Below, piece by piece: positions 1 to 9,459 of a stretch of 64,000 nucleotides of DNA (positions are counted from its first letter, which is position 1; each line of letters begins with the position of its first letter). The DNA lies in NCBI GenBank assembly GCA_027339635.1, contig DAHWNZ010000007.1, positions 2,610 to 66,609 of the forward strand, read 5' to 3'. Both the position numbers and the translations under genes were made by a program. The notes beneath the pieces are model-generated. The model did no database searches and was not told where the DNA came from. It saw nothing but the letters and a program-made list of their open reading frames with translations. The stretch comes from Candidatus Dormiibacterota bacterium. Lineage in GTDB: Bacteria; Chloroflexota; Dormibacteria; Aeolococcales; Bog-877.

Positions 1-23
1 GTAAATGCGATCCTTACTCTCCC

Positions 24-836
24 ATGCGTAATCCAGGCAGTCGGGAACTGAGAAGGCGGCAGGCGCGGATGGAGGCCCAGCAGAGGGCCACCGTGCGGGA
101 GCGTGTCCAGCAGCCGAAGCGCGACGAGATGATGCGGCGGGGGGGGTTGCTGGAGGGTTTCTCACCCGCCCAGGTGACGCGCTTCGCTGTCCTCTCCTTG
201 GTCGTCGGGTTGGTGGTCTTGGCGCTGTCCGTTCTCGGCCTCCTGATCGAGATCGGACAGCATGACCTGTTCCTGGGGATTGTGGTGGTGGCGGTGGCGG
301 TGATCATGGTCGGGACGACCCTCTCAATCACCGCACCGGCGTTCCTCACGGCCCGGGCGGACCGCAAGGAGGCCGCCAGGAACATTCAGGGGCCCCTGGT
401 CGGAGCCAGCAGCATCTCGGCAACGCCCGGATTGGCCACGGTTGCGATCACCGTGGGAAAGACTGTGGAACAGTTTCGAGTTCGCCGCGAACTCTTCGAG
501 CGCGTCAAGTCTGGAGCCACCGTGGTCGGGCTCACCGTCACTCCCGGGCTGAATTACGTACAGACCCTGACCGTTATCCGGCGCGACCGCCTCGCCGTCA
601 TGAACGAGCCGCCCATCAGCCGGGCGATGAGGGCATCCGTATGGCTGCCTCTCGGCTCGATCGCCGCCCTGGTCGTGGGCCTCGCCCTGGGATGCGCGAT
701 TGGGGTCTTGCTGCCGCTGGGAACCGGGGTGGACCATCCGTTGGTGGCGCTGGTGTTGGCGGCGGCGCTGGCGGGTGGGATCGCGCTGGGGTCGCGCTGG
801 TACGGGCACCGCCTGGTGGCGCAGCTCGGGGTCTGA
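24..836 (+). CDS. hypothetical integral membrane protein
   Basis: This is the only protein-like ORF here. Hydrophobic helices: FAVLSLVVGLVVLALSVLGLL, FLGIVVVAVAVIMVG, VWLPLGSIAALVVGLALGCAIGVLL, LVALVLAAALAGGIALG. No family recognised. An internal Met start is possible. Confidence 0.5.
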   Translation: MRNPGSRELRRRQARMEAQQRATVRERVQQPKRDEMMRRGGLLEGFSPAQVTRFAVLSLVVGLVVLALSVLGLLIEIGQHDLFLGIVVVAVAVIMVGTTLSITAPAFLTARADRKEAARNIQGPLVGASSISATPGLATVAITVGKTVEQFRVRRELFERVKSGATVVGLTVTPGLNYVQTLTVIRRDRLAVMNEPPISRAMRASVWLPLGSIAALVVGLALGCAIGVLLPLGTGVDHPLVALVLAAALAGGIALGSRWYGHRLVAQLGV

Positions 837-934
837 AAGGGCAGGGGCAAACTCCAGGCCCTGCTACACTCCTGAAGAACCTGCACCCGGTCCCCAGCCG
901 GCTGCATACCCACAGGATCTGGGAGGCCCCGCCT

Positions 935-1429
935 TTGCTGCGTGAGTACGAACTCTTCTACATTGTCCGGCCCGACCTCGAGGAGGAACAGGTCAGGGTC
1001 GCCATGGACGACGTGTCCAACATGGTGGCGGGCCATGGCGGCGAGGTGATGAAGTCCTCTTTGTGGGGCCGCCGCCGGCTGGCCTACGCGATCGCCGGGT
1101 TCACCGACGGCTTTTACGTCCTGAAGGAGATGGCGCTGCCTGCGGACAAGCTGCGCGACCTGGAGCGGCAGCTCAAGCTGGACGAGCGGGTCATCAGGCA
1201 GCTGATCACGCTGCGGCAGGTGTACGTGCTTCCGGAAGGGGAGGACCGCAGGGGCCGACCCCGGATGAAGAGTCGCGATCGAGCGGCGGCCGAGGCCGAG
1301 GATGAGGTTGAGGAGATCCTGGACCAGGATGAGTCGCCCGCCGAGGAAGCCTTGGCGGACGGATCCGACGCAGGGGCCGAGGACTCCTCGGAGCCAGCGG
1401 TCGATGATTCGGAAGGTGAGGAGGAGTAG
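935..1429 (+). CDS. rpsF: 30S ribosomal protein S6 with long acidic C-terminal tail
   Basis: TTG at 935 lies 8 nt after GGGAGG (921-926). LREYELFYIVRPDLEEEQV...WGRRRLAYAI matches the S6 N-terminus. The upstream part of ORF 641..1429 is Arg/Gly-rich junk. Confidence 0.9.
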   Translation: MLREYELFYIVRPDLEEEQVRVAMDDVSNMVAGHGGEVMKSSLWGRRRLAYAIAGFTDGFYVLKEMALPADKLRDLERQLKLDERVIRQLITLRQVYVLPEGEDRRGRPRMKSRDRAAAEAEDEVEEILDQDESPAEEALADGSDAGAEDSSEPAVDDSEGEEE

Positions 1430-1431
1430 GG

Positions 1432-1893
1432 ATGGCCGGATCCCTGAACAGGGTCATGCTCATAGGCAGGTGCACCGCCGATCCGGAGATGCGCTACCTC
1501 CCCAGTGGCCAGCCGGTCACCCAGCTGCGCATCGCCACCAACCGTTACAGCACCTCTCAGGAGGGCGAGCGCAAGGAGTTCACTGATTACCACGACGTGG
1601 TCGTTTGGAACATGGGTGGGCGCAAGCTGGCCGAGATCGCCGGCCAGTACCTGAAGAAGGGCAGCCTGGTCTACATCGAGGGGCGTTTGCAAACCCGGTC
1701 CTGGGATGGGCAGGACGGCCAGAAGCGCTACCGGACCGAGGTGAATGCGAACGACATCCAGTTCCTGGAATCGAGAGCCGGGGAGGGGTCGGAGAGCGGG
1801 CCCAGAGTCGCGCCGTTTCCAGCCCCAGCCAGGGACGAGGCGGCGGCGGGGCCCGCAGATGGCGACATCGACCCGGATGACATCCCCTTCTAG
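1432..1893 (+). CDS. ssb: single-stranded DNA-binding protein
   Basis: OB-fold SSB sequence NRVMLIGRCTADPEMRYLPSGQPV...VVVWN. Acidic tail ends in DDIPF. Starts 3 nt after the rpsF stop. Confidence 0.95.
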   Translation: MAGSLNRVMLIGRCTADPEMRYLPSGQPVTQLRIATNRYSTSQEGERKEFTDYHDVVVWNMGGRKLAEIAGQYLKKGSLVYIEGRLQTRSWDGQDGQKRYRTEVNANDIQFLESRAGEGSESGPRVAPFPAPARDEAAAGPADGDIDPDDIPF

Positions 1894-1932
1894 GGATCAT
1901 TGAACACCACAAGCGGAGGCTGAGAAGAGCAG

Positions 1933-2166
1933 ATGTCGGAGTACGCACGGCGCCGTCCGCGCAAGGTTTGCAACTTTTGTCTGGAGCGGATAGTGGACGT
2001 TGACCACAAGGAGGTGGCCCGACTGCGCCGCTACATCAGTGAGCGCGGCAAGATCCTGCCCCGCCGGGTCACCGGAACCTGCGCGCTGCACCAGCGGCGC
2101 CTGACCGTGGCCTTGAAGCGCGCCCGCCACATGGCGTTGCTGCCCTTCTCCACAGACCAGCGCTGA
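1933..2166 (+). CDS. rpsR: 30S ribosomal protein S18
   Basis: 77 aa. [11 protein letters not shown]...[42 protein letters not shown] is canonical S18. Sits in the conserved rpsF-ssb-rpsR order. Confidence 0.95.
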   Translation: MSEYARRRPRKVCNFCLERIVDVDHKEVARLRRYISERGKILPRRVTGTCALHQRRLTVALKRARHMALLPFSTDQR

Positions 2167-2245
2167 GCCGACCGCAGGTTGGCTTAGCGCTCGCCGGGAA
2201 TGCCGTCCACAGTAGAGTTGAGTTTGATGACTGCAGAGTCGGCAA

Positions 2246-3049
2246 ATGGCGGTCAATGAGTTGACGCCCCGGCGGGACCCGCACCCCCTGATAACGCTGT
2301 CACTGGATGTGGGGGGGACAGGGATCAAGGGAGACACCCTGAACGTGCAGGGCACTCCGACCGCGGCCCGAGTCAGGATTCCCACCACCTATCCCCTGAG
2401 CCCCCAGGACCTCGTCGATGTTTTCGCCAGGATTGCCGCCGAGCGGCCCAACTTCGATCGCGTCTCCGTCGGGTTCCCTGGAGTGGTGCGGGGGGGCGCC
2501 ATCCTGACCGCTCCGCACTTCGTCAGGGAAGGGGGTGACGGGACTCCTGAGGTGCCCGAGCTCGTCAAGGCCTGGGACCACTTCAAACTGGCAGAGGTGA
2601 CGGCCACCCGGCTCGGCCGTCCGACCAGAGTCGGCAACGACGCCGAGGTCCAGGGTATGGCGGTCGTCAAAGGCAAAGGGCTGGAGGTGGTGCTTACACT
2701 CGGCACCGGGGTTGGCAGCGCTGTCTTTGAGGAGGGCCGGCTGGGTCCCCACCTAGAACTCGCCCATCACCCCATCCACAAGCGAAAGACCTACAACGAA
2801 TACCTTGGCAACGAGGAGCGCGATCGGATCGGCGAGAAACGCTGGAACCGCCGGGTCATGGCCATGATCGAGATTGTGAGGACGCTGTTCCTGTTCGACC
2901 ATCTCTACATCGGCGGGGGCAACTCAGCTCATGTGAAGGGCGAGCTTCCTGCCGATGTCACCCTGGTTGACAACGACGCCGGGATACTCGGAGGGATCCG
3001 CCTCTGGGAGCAGCCCGCGGTGGTCACCCACAAGGCCGCGCCGAACTGA
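2246..3049 (+). CDS. ppgK: ROK-family sugar kinase, polyphosphate/ATP glucokinase-like
   Basis: N-terminal ATP-binding motif LDVGGTGIKG, later TLGTGVGSA. The 267 aa length and layout resemble actinobacterial PpgK. Substrate is assigned by family resemblance only. Confidence 0.75.
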   Translation: MAVNELTPRRDPHPLITLSLDVGGTGIKGDTLNVQGTPTAARVRIPTTYPLSPQDLVDVFARIAAERPNFDRVSVGFPGVVRGGAILTAPHFVREGGDGTPEVPELVKAWDHFKLAEVTATRLGRPTRVGNDAEVQGMAVVKGKGLEVVLTLGTGVGSAVFEEGRLGPHLELAHHPIHKRKTYNEYLGNEERDRIGEKRWNRRVMAMIEIVRTLFLFDHLYIGGGNSAHVKGELPADVTLVDNDAGILGGIRLWEQPAVVTHKAAPN

Positions 3050-3113
3050 GCTTGGCCGGTTTCGGAGGTAGAGCACCAGGGCCGCTTCGGCACCTCCTTG
3101 GGAACTACGCACC

Positions 3114-4724
3114 ATGATCTCTCGGCCTGAGGACACCACACCCAGGATCTTGGTCGCCGACCAGCTCGCGGAAGCCGGCATCGCCCGGCTCTGGGACGCC
3201 GGCCTGGTCGAGGTGGCAATTGGCCTTGGGGAGGAGCAGCTGGCAGCGCGCATCGCGGACTTCGCGGCCCTGGTCGTGCGCAGCGAGACCAAGGTCACCC
3301 GCCGGGTCATCGAGGCCGGGACTTCGCTGCGGGTCATCGGCCGAGCCGGGGTTGGGGTGGACAACATCGATGTGCAGGCCGCGACGGAGCGGGGCATCCT
3401 GGTGGTCAACGCTCCCACCGGCAACACCGTGGCCGCGGCCGAGCACACCATCGCCCTGATGCTCGCCCTCGGCCGCAACGTCGCTCGCGCGGACGCCTCC
3501 CTACGAGCTGGAAGGTGGGAGCGAGGCGGACTGGTCGGGACCGAGATGCGCGGGAAGACCCTGGCCGTGATCGGCCTCGGGAAGATCGGAATGGAGGTGG
3601 CCAGAATCGCCAAGGGGCTCCAGATGCGGGTGGTCGCCTTCGATCCACTCATCAGCACAGAGCGGGCGGAGCAGCTGGGCATGGAGCTCGGATCGTTCGC
3701 CGATGTGTTGCGCCAGGCCGATGTGCTGACCGTGCACACCCCGCTCAACGAGTCCACCCGGGGAATGATCGGTGAGCGCGAACTGGCCCTGATGCCGGTA
3801 GGGGGCCGGGTCCTGAATGTCGGGCGCGGCGGCCTGATCAGCGAGGAGGCTCTGGCCCGAGCCGTGACCTCAGGGCACCTTGCAGGAGCTGCCGTTGACG
3901 TGTTTGTCACCGAGCCCCCGCCCCCGGACCACCCTCTCCTCGGTGATCCAAGGATCCTGGTAACACCTCACCTGGGTGCCTCGACCAGGGAAGCCCAGGT
4001 CACTGTCGCCACCGATGTCGCAGAGCAGATCGTCGACGTCCTGGCGGGCAAGCCCGCCAGGTGGGCGGTCAACGCCCCCCACGTCCCTGACGACGAGCTC
4101 AAGCTGGTGGTTCCCTACCAGGACCTCGGGCGCCGCCTGGGGAGCATCTGGGCCCAGATGGGCGGGGGAGCCCTGCGGGCCGTGGAACTGGTCTACGAGG
4201 GCGAGGTGGCCGGGGTGCACACCGGGGCCATCAGCGCCTCGGTGCTGAGCGGAATGCTGGGTTCCTTCTCTCACGACCGGGTGACTGCGGTCAACGCCGG
4301 TGAGATGGCGCTCCGGCATGGGGTCGAGGTCAGAGAGCAGCGCACCTCCAAGAGCGGCAACTTCGCGGGAGCGATTGAGCTAAGAGCCGAAGGGCGAGGC
4401 CCGAGCTCGATCCAGGGCGCTCTGGTGTTGGGACAGCCGCGCCTCGTGCTTCTCAATGAGATGCGCACGGACCTGCTCTTGGAGGGATCGTTTCTCATGC
4501 TGGAGCATCAGGATCGCCCGGGCCTCATCGGCAAGATCGGGCAGATCCTGGGGGAGGCCGACATCAACATCGCGGAGATGCAGGTGGGGCGCGACACCCC
4601 GCGCGGGCTGGCGGTCACCGCCATCCGGGTCGACGAGCCCATATCGGATGCGGTCATGGCCGAGCTTCGAGCAACACCCTATGTCCAAGGAGTGCACAGG
4701 GTGGAGATCTCCACTGTTGGCTGA
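3114..4724 (+). CDS. serA: D-3-phosphoglycerate dehydrogenase (long form with C-terminal ACT domain)
   Basis: 2-hydroxyacid dehydrogenase core with the NAD motif GLGKIGMEVA and catalytic region TPHLGAST. 536 aa with an ASB/ACT-type C-terminus. Confidence 0.95.
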   Translation: MISRPEDTTPRILVADQLAEAGIARLWDAGLVEVAIGLGEEQLAARIADFAALVVRSETKVTRRVIEAGTSLRVIGRAGVGVDNIDVQAATERGILVVNAPTGNTVAAAEHTIALMLALGRNVARADASLRAGRWERGGLVGTEMRGKTLAVIGLGKIGMEVARIAKGLQMRVVAFDPLISTERAEQLGMELGSFADVLRQADVLTVHTPLNESTRGMIGERELALMPVGGRVLNVGRGGLISEEALARAVTSGHLAGAAVDVFVTEPPPPDHPLLGDPRILVTPHLGASTREAQVTVATDVAEQIVDVLAGKPARWAVNAPHVPDDELKLVVPYQDLGRRLGSIWAQMGGGALRAVELVYEGEVAGVHTGAISASVLSGMLGSFSHDRVTAVNAGEMALRHGVEVREQRTSKSGNFAGAIELRAEGRGPSSIQGALVLGQPRLVLLNEMRTDLLLEGSFLMLEHQDRPGLIGKIGQILGEADINIAEMQVGRDTPRGLAVTAIRVDEPISDAVMAELRATPYVQGVHRVEISTVG

Positions 4725-5961
4725 GATCCATCCCTTTCGGGGTCTGCGCTACGACCCGGGCAAGATACCTCTGGGAGATGTCCTGGCGCCTCCCTACGAC
4801 GTCATCACCGACCAGATGCAGGCGGACCTCTACTCCCGGGCACTGCAGAACGTGGTGCGAGTGGAGCTTGGGCGGCGGTACGAGGGTGACCGCAAAGGTG
4901 AGTCCGATCGCTACACCAGGGCAAGGGATCAAATCAGGGTCTGGGCCGAGCAGGGATTCCTGGTGCGCGATTCGGAGCCGAGCCTCTATCTTCACCGCCA
5001 CACCTTCACCGCCCCCGACGGCGCCGGTAGGTTACAGCGGCTGGGTTTCTTCGGGTCCGTTGAGCCCGTCCCCTACGACCGCCGGCAGGTGCTGCGCCAC
5101 GAGCTGACCATGAGGGAGCCCCGGGAGGACCGCCTGCGGCTACTGCTGAACACCGGTGTGCAGACCTCCCCGATCCTGCTCCTCTTCAACGACGCTGGGG
5201 ACCTGGCGGCGACGCTTGAGGGAGAGATCGCAGGGGCGCAACCCGTGGGGGCCGCGACAGTCGATTGGGGCTCTGGGGAGGAGTCCCACGAGCTCTGGCG
5301 GGTCAGTGATGCGGGGGTCATCGGAGGCATCACCAAACGGCTGCGGGAATGCAAGCTGTTCATCGCCGACGGCCACCATCGATACGAGACCGCTCTGGGC
5401 CTCCACCTCCCTGGGGTTCTGGCGCTCCTGGCGCCCATGCGCGGATCCGCGACCGTGGTGCTGCCCACGCATCGGGTGGTGCTCCAGAGTCGGCTCCTGT
5501 CTGATGACCTGATGACGGCATTGGTGGGATCCGGATGGTCCGCCGCGGCGGTTGAGGATGGCCGCCATGGCTTGGCCAAGATAGCCGAATTGAGATCCTC
5601 TCATCATGCTTTCGTGATCTTCGATTCCGGCAGCACGTGGGTGGTTTCGAGGAGGCGGCAGGCCCCGTCCGGGGACGCCAAGAGCCCTCAGCTGGATGTC
5701 TCTGTCCTGAATCGTGAGATTCTGGAGGCCCAACTTGGGCTGGCGGAGGAGGACCTGGACCGGGGTCGCGTGATCTACACTCGCGAACTCCAGGAGGCCG
5801 AGGCGCTGGTTGCCACTCGTGGGTCGGTGGGGTTCTTGGTGAATGCCCCGACCGTGGCGGAGATGACCGAGGTTGCAGTCAGCGGGGGCACGATGCCACC
5901 GAAGTCGACCTACTTCTTTCCCAAGGTGCCGGCCGGCCTGGTGATGCTTCCCAACCAGTGA
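4717..5961 (+). CDS. DUF1015 family protein
   Basis: LAEIHPFRGLRYDP...LAPPYDVI and IADGHHRYETAL are DUF1015 hallmarks. TTG 4717 or CTG 4714 follows GGAG (4703-4706). ATG 4681 is an alternative start. Overlaps the serA stop. Confidence 0.8.
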   Translation: MAEIHPFRGLRYDPGKIPLGDVLAPPYDVITDQMQADLYSRALQNVVRVELGRRYEGDRKGESDRYTRARDQIRVWAEQGFLVRDSEPSLYLHRHTFTAPDGAGRLQRLGFFGSVEPVPYDRRQVLRHELTMREPREDRLRLLLNTGVQTSPILLLFNDAGDLAATLEGEIAGAQPVGAATVDWGSGEESHELWRVSDAGVIGGITKRLRECKLFIADGHHRYETALGLHLPGVLALLAPMRGSATVVLPTHRVVLQSRLLSDDLMTALVGSGWSAAAVEDGRHGLAKIAELRSSHHAFVIFDSGSTWVVSRRRQAPSGDAKSPQLDVSVLNREILEAQLGLAEEDLDRGRVIYTRELQEAEALVATRGSVGFLVNAPTVAEMTEVAVSGGTMPPKSTYFFPKVPAGLVMLPNQ

Positions 5962-6047
5962 CCGGCCGATGAGCCGGCTCAAGGGCCGCGGTCCACGACC
6001 CGGCCCGCGTTTCGGCCGACCCCAAATTCGGGTACGCTGGTAGCGAA

Positions 6048-6407
6048 GTGCCCACTTACGCCTACCGCTGCGACTCAGGTCATGAGTTCGAGGTTGTCCA
6101 GTCGATAACCGACGAGGCCCTCAAATCGTGTCGCGTTTGTCAGGCGCCGGTGCGCCGGATAGTTTTTCCAGTGGGCATCGTGTTCAAGGGCCAGGGCTTT
6201 TACAAGACCGATTCCCGATCCTCGTCCTCCAGCTCAATAGGACCCGCCTCAGGTTCGGGACCAGCGACACCAGATCAGAAGCCCGCTGAGGCGGCAGCCG
6301 CCACCAAGACGGAGGCCGCGCCCACCAGCGGATCAAAGCCGGAAGCTACGCCAGGAGCCGCCACCTCGAGCGGTGGGACCAGCGGCGCGGGAGAGAAGAA
6401 TGGCTGA
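6048..6407 (+). CDS. FmdB-family zinc-ribbon protein with Ser/Ala/Pro-rich tail
   Basis: [16 protein letters not shown]...[10 protein letters not shown] gives CxxxH...CxxC, followed by [13 protein letters not shown] start. Confidence 0.8.
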   Translation: MPTYAYRCDSGHEFEVVQSITDEALKSCRVCQAPVRRIVFPVGIVFKGQGFYKTDSRSSSSSSIGPASGSGPATPDQKPAEAAAATKTEAAPTSGSKPEATPGAATSSGGTSGAGEKNG

Positions 6408-6723
6408 GCCAGTTCACGTCAGTGATGCGACTTTCGACAGCGAGGTGATCAAGGCGGACGTCCCGGTCCTGGTCGACTTCTGGGCGGACTGGTGTGGTCC
6501 CTGCAAGATGCTGGCTCCGGTCGTGGCCGACCTGGCCCAGGAGTACGGCCCGCGGGTCAAGGTCGCCAAGCTGGATGTCGATGCCAATCCCAACACTGCG
6601 GGCAGCTTCGGAGTGATGAGCATCCCGACCCTGATCCTGTTCAAGGGCGGAGAGGCGGTCCAGCGGCTTGTCGGCTATCAGCCCAAGTCCGCGCTCAAGG
6701 CCAAGCTCGACCCGATGGTCTGA
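6400..6723 (+). CDS. trxA: thioredoxin
   Basis: WCGPC active site in [14 protein letters not shown]. 107 aa from ATG 6400. Overlaps the FmdB stop by 8 nt. Confidence 0.95.
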   Translation: MAEPVHVSDATFDSEVIKADVPVLVDFWADWCGPCKMLAPVVADLAQEYGPRVKVAKLDVDANPNTAGSFGVMSIPTLILFKGGEAVQRLVGYQPKSALKAKLDPMV

Positions 6724-6762
6724 TCGTCTGGTCCGGCCCCGACCCGTTACGATCAGGCGCCG

Positions 6763-8640
6763 ATGCCAGATCTGCAGAGCGAATTCGGCGCAGCAATAGC
6801 CGCGGCGATCCATGAACTTGGGGTGACCGAACCACCCGAGGTGGTGGTGGAGCCGTCGGCGGTCCCGGAGGTGGGAGACTACTCCTCTCCGGTCGCCTTT
6901 CGACTGGCCCGGGTACTGCGCCGGGGGCCGCGGGAGATCGCTGGGCAGCTGGCTGAGATGATGTCGCGTGGCCCTCACCAGCACTTCCTGGAGGTGAACG
7001 TGAGTGGTGGGGGCTACCTGAACCTGCGCATCGACTACTCTTCGTACGCTCCGATGGTGGTTGCGGCGGCGCTGGACGAGACCTCCCCCGTCGAGAGCGC
7101 CCCGGATGCCGGGGTGAAGGTGGTGGTGGAGCACACCGCAACCAATCCCAACAAGGCGGCCCATCTCGGCCACCTCAGAAACGCCTGCATCGGCGACACC
7201 GTGAGCCGCCTCCTGCGGGCCAGGGGGCACCGGGTCGAGGTGCAGAACTACATCGACGACACCGGCGTACAGGTCGCCGACGTCCTGGTCGGAATCCGCC
7301 ACCTGGGGTTGCGCGCGGACCCCGGTGAGCCGTTCGACCGGTTCTGCTCCAGGGCGTATGTCGAGGTCTGCGGCCGCTACCAGGCCGAGCCCGATCTGGT
7401 GGAATTGCGCAGGGCCACCCTGCGAGCGATAGAGGGGCGCGAGGGGGAGATTGCCGGGGCCGCCAAGGAACTCACAAGCAGGATCGTGGACTGCCATCTG
7501 CGCACCATGGCCAGGGCTGGAGTGAGCTATGACCTGTTGACCTGGGAGTCCGACATCATCGAGCGGGGCTTTCTGCGGCACGCTCTGGACCTCCTCCTGG
7601 AGAGCCACGTCATCCGCCGGGTGGAGTCGGGCAGTCTCGCGGGGTGCTGGGTTTTGCCCCTGGACCAAGCGGCGGACGAGGAGGACCCGGAGCAGGGGGC
7701 CGCCAAGGTCCTGATCAAGAGCGATGGCATCGCCACCTACACCGCCAAGGACATCGCCTACCACCTGTGGAAGTTCGGGATCCTTGGTCTGGATTTCGAG
7801 TATCGCATGTGGGCCCCGGGTGGTCCCGCCTCCTCGACTGCGGACTCCGGCGACCCGAGCCTGGACCCGGGGCAGTTCGGCAGGGCGGGGGAGGTGGTCA
7901 ACGTAATCGACCAGCGGCAGAGCGCGCCTCAGAAGGTGGTCAAGGAGGCTCTGCGCCGCCTCGGGTTCGCCGACCAGTCGGCTGCGCTCAAGCACTTGGC
8001 ATATGAGGTAGTTGCACTCTCGCCGGCCGCTGCAAAAGTGCTCGGCGTGGACGTCAGCGAGGGCAAGACCATGTACGCACTCAGCGGCCGGCAGGGAATC
8101 GAGATCGGGGCTGACGCCCTCCTGGACGAGGCGGAGCGACAGGTCAGGGCCAAGTCCAAGGACGAGGCGACAGCGGCCGAGCTCGCCTCCAGCGCTGTCC
8201 GCTACTACCTGCTGCGCTTCGGCCTCAACTCGATCATCACATTCGACTTCGAGGAGGCGCTGCGGACCAGCGGCGACAGTGGTGTATACCTGCAGTACGC
8301 CCACGCGAGAGCGTGTGGGGTGCTGCAGAGGGTGGCCCCAATTCCGGCTCCCCAGATGGCGCCTGGTCTTCAGCCCGAGGAGAGGGAGTTGGTCAAACTG
8401 GTGGGCGAGTTTCCGCGTGCCGTGGCCGAGGCCGCCAGCTCGCTGAGCCCCTCCGTCCTGGCCGGCTACACGTTCCGTCTGGCGACGGCGTTCAACGACC
8501 TCTACGAGCACACGGAGCGGCTGTACCGGGTTGAGGACCCCGCTGTCAGGGGGATGCGCCGCGGGCTCGTGGACGCCACCCGAGCCACCCTGGCGCGCGC
8601 CCTGGACCTCCTGGGCATGCGGCCGCTGACTAGGATCTGA
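6763..8640 (+). CDS. argS: arginine--tRNA ligase
   Basis: Class I HIGH region TATNPNKAAHLGHLRN. C-terminal DALR anticodon-binding-like region (YLQYAHARACGVL). 625 aa. Confidence 0.95.
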   Translation: MPDLQSEFGAAIAAAIHELGVTEPPEVVVEPSAVPEVGDYSSPVAFRLARVLRRGPREIAGQLAEMMSRGPHQHFLEVNVSGGGYLNLRIDYSSYAPMVVAAALDETSPVESAPDAGVKVVVEHTATNPNKAAHLGHLRNACIGDTVSRLLRARGHRVEVQNYIDDTGVQVADVLVGIRHLGLRADPGEPFDRFCSRAYVEVCGRYQAEPDLVELRRATLRAIEGREGEIAGAAKELTSRIVDCHLRTMARAGVSYDLLTWESDIIERGFLRHALDLLLESHVIRRVESGSLAGCWVLPLDQAADEEDPEQGAAKVLIKSDGIATYTAKDIAYHLWKFGILGLDFEYRMWAPGGPASSTADSGDPSLDPGQFGRAGEVVNVIDQRQSAPQKVVKEALRRLGFADQSAALKHLAYEVVALSPAAAKVLGVDVSEGKTMYALSGRQGIEIGADALLDEAERQVRAKSKDEATAAELASSAVRYYLLRFGLNSIITFDFEEALRTSGDSGVYLQYAHARACGVLQRVAPIPAPQMAPGLQPEERELVKLVGEFPRAVAEAASSLSPSVLAGYTFRLATAFNDLYEHTERLYRVEDPAVRGMRRGLVDATRATLARALDLLGMRPLTRI

Positions 8641-8681
8641 GAGCCGACGTTGCCAGCGCAGGGTGGGCATACTGGTCAGCC

Positions 8682-9326
8682 GTGCAGGTAGTGCCCATAT
8701 TTCCGCTGGGAGTCGTCCTCTTCCCCGGGACGCGGATTCCCCTGCACATCTTCGAGCCCAGGTACCAGGCTCTGGTCCGAGACTGCCTGGCCAACGACAG
8801 CCATTTCGGCGTGGTCGCCTTGCGCCGGGGCTCCGACACGGACACCGATCCCGCGTGGTACGAGCTCGGCACCCTGGCTCGCATAGAGCGGGTGGTCCGC
8901 CTGCCCCGGGGCAAGCTGAATCTCGTTGTCGCCGGGGCAACCCGCTTCCAGGCGGTCAGAAGGGTGGAGGGGCGGCCGTACCTAAGAGCCGAGGTCGAGC
9001 TGGTGGAATCGCGGAGGTCCGGAGCCAGCGGGCTCTTCGCGGCCACACAGTTGAGGCACCCCTTTGAACGCTACCGTCAGAGCCTGCTCTCCATGGGGGT
9101 CATCGTCCCAAGCTTCGCGGAGTTGCCGAAGGAGCCCGCTGAGCTCTCCTGGGCCGTAGCCAACCACCTGGTCGTCGAGTTGCGGGCCAAGCAGCGTCTC
9201 CTGGAGGAGTCCGATCCCATGGAACGGCTGCGCCTGGAGCTGTCCCTGCTGCGCCGTGAGTCCGTCCTACTGGAGCGCAATCTCGCCAACCGCTTGGTCG
9301 AAACCCCCTTTTACAGCCTGAACTGA
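8682..9326 (+). CDS. LON N-terminal (substrate-binding) domain protein
   Basis: VPIFPLGVVLFPGTRIPLHIFEPRYQALV is the LON/PUA-like N-domain signature. No ATPase or protease part. GTG start. Confidence 0.8.
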   Translation: MQVVPIFPLGVVLFPGTRIPLHIFEPRYQALVRDCLANDSHFGVVALRRGSDTDTDPAWYELGTLARIERVVRLPRGKLNLVVAGATRFQAVRRVEGRPYLRAEVELVESRRSGASGLFAATQLRHPFERYRQSLLSMGVIVPSFAELPKEPAELSWAVANHLVVELRAKQRLLEESDPMERLRLELSLLRRESVLLERNLANRLVETPFYSLN

Positions 9327-9459
9327 GATTTGGGGTTACACCCGGGCGGCCATGGTCAAGGACGACCCGGCTGGTCAGGGGCCTACAGCGCCACGGGGAG
9401 AGGGATGCCGTCCGACTGCGCCCGGACTGGGCCAAAACCCAAAGGGCCGGTCGCGACCC

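Noticed and set aside
6346-8940. 864-aa ORF on the minus strand, the longest in this part of the track
   Set aside because: It is entirely antisense to trxA and argS, which have unambiguous motifs. Its composition is Arg/Gly/Pro/His-rich with no family features. This is a typical stop-codon-poor antisense frame in high-GC DNA.
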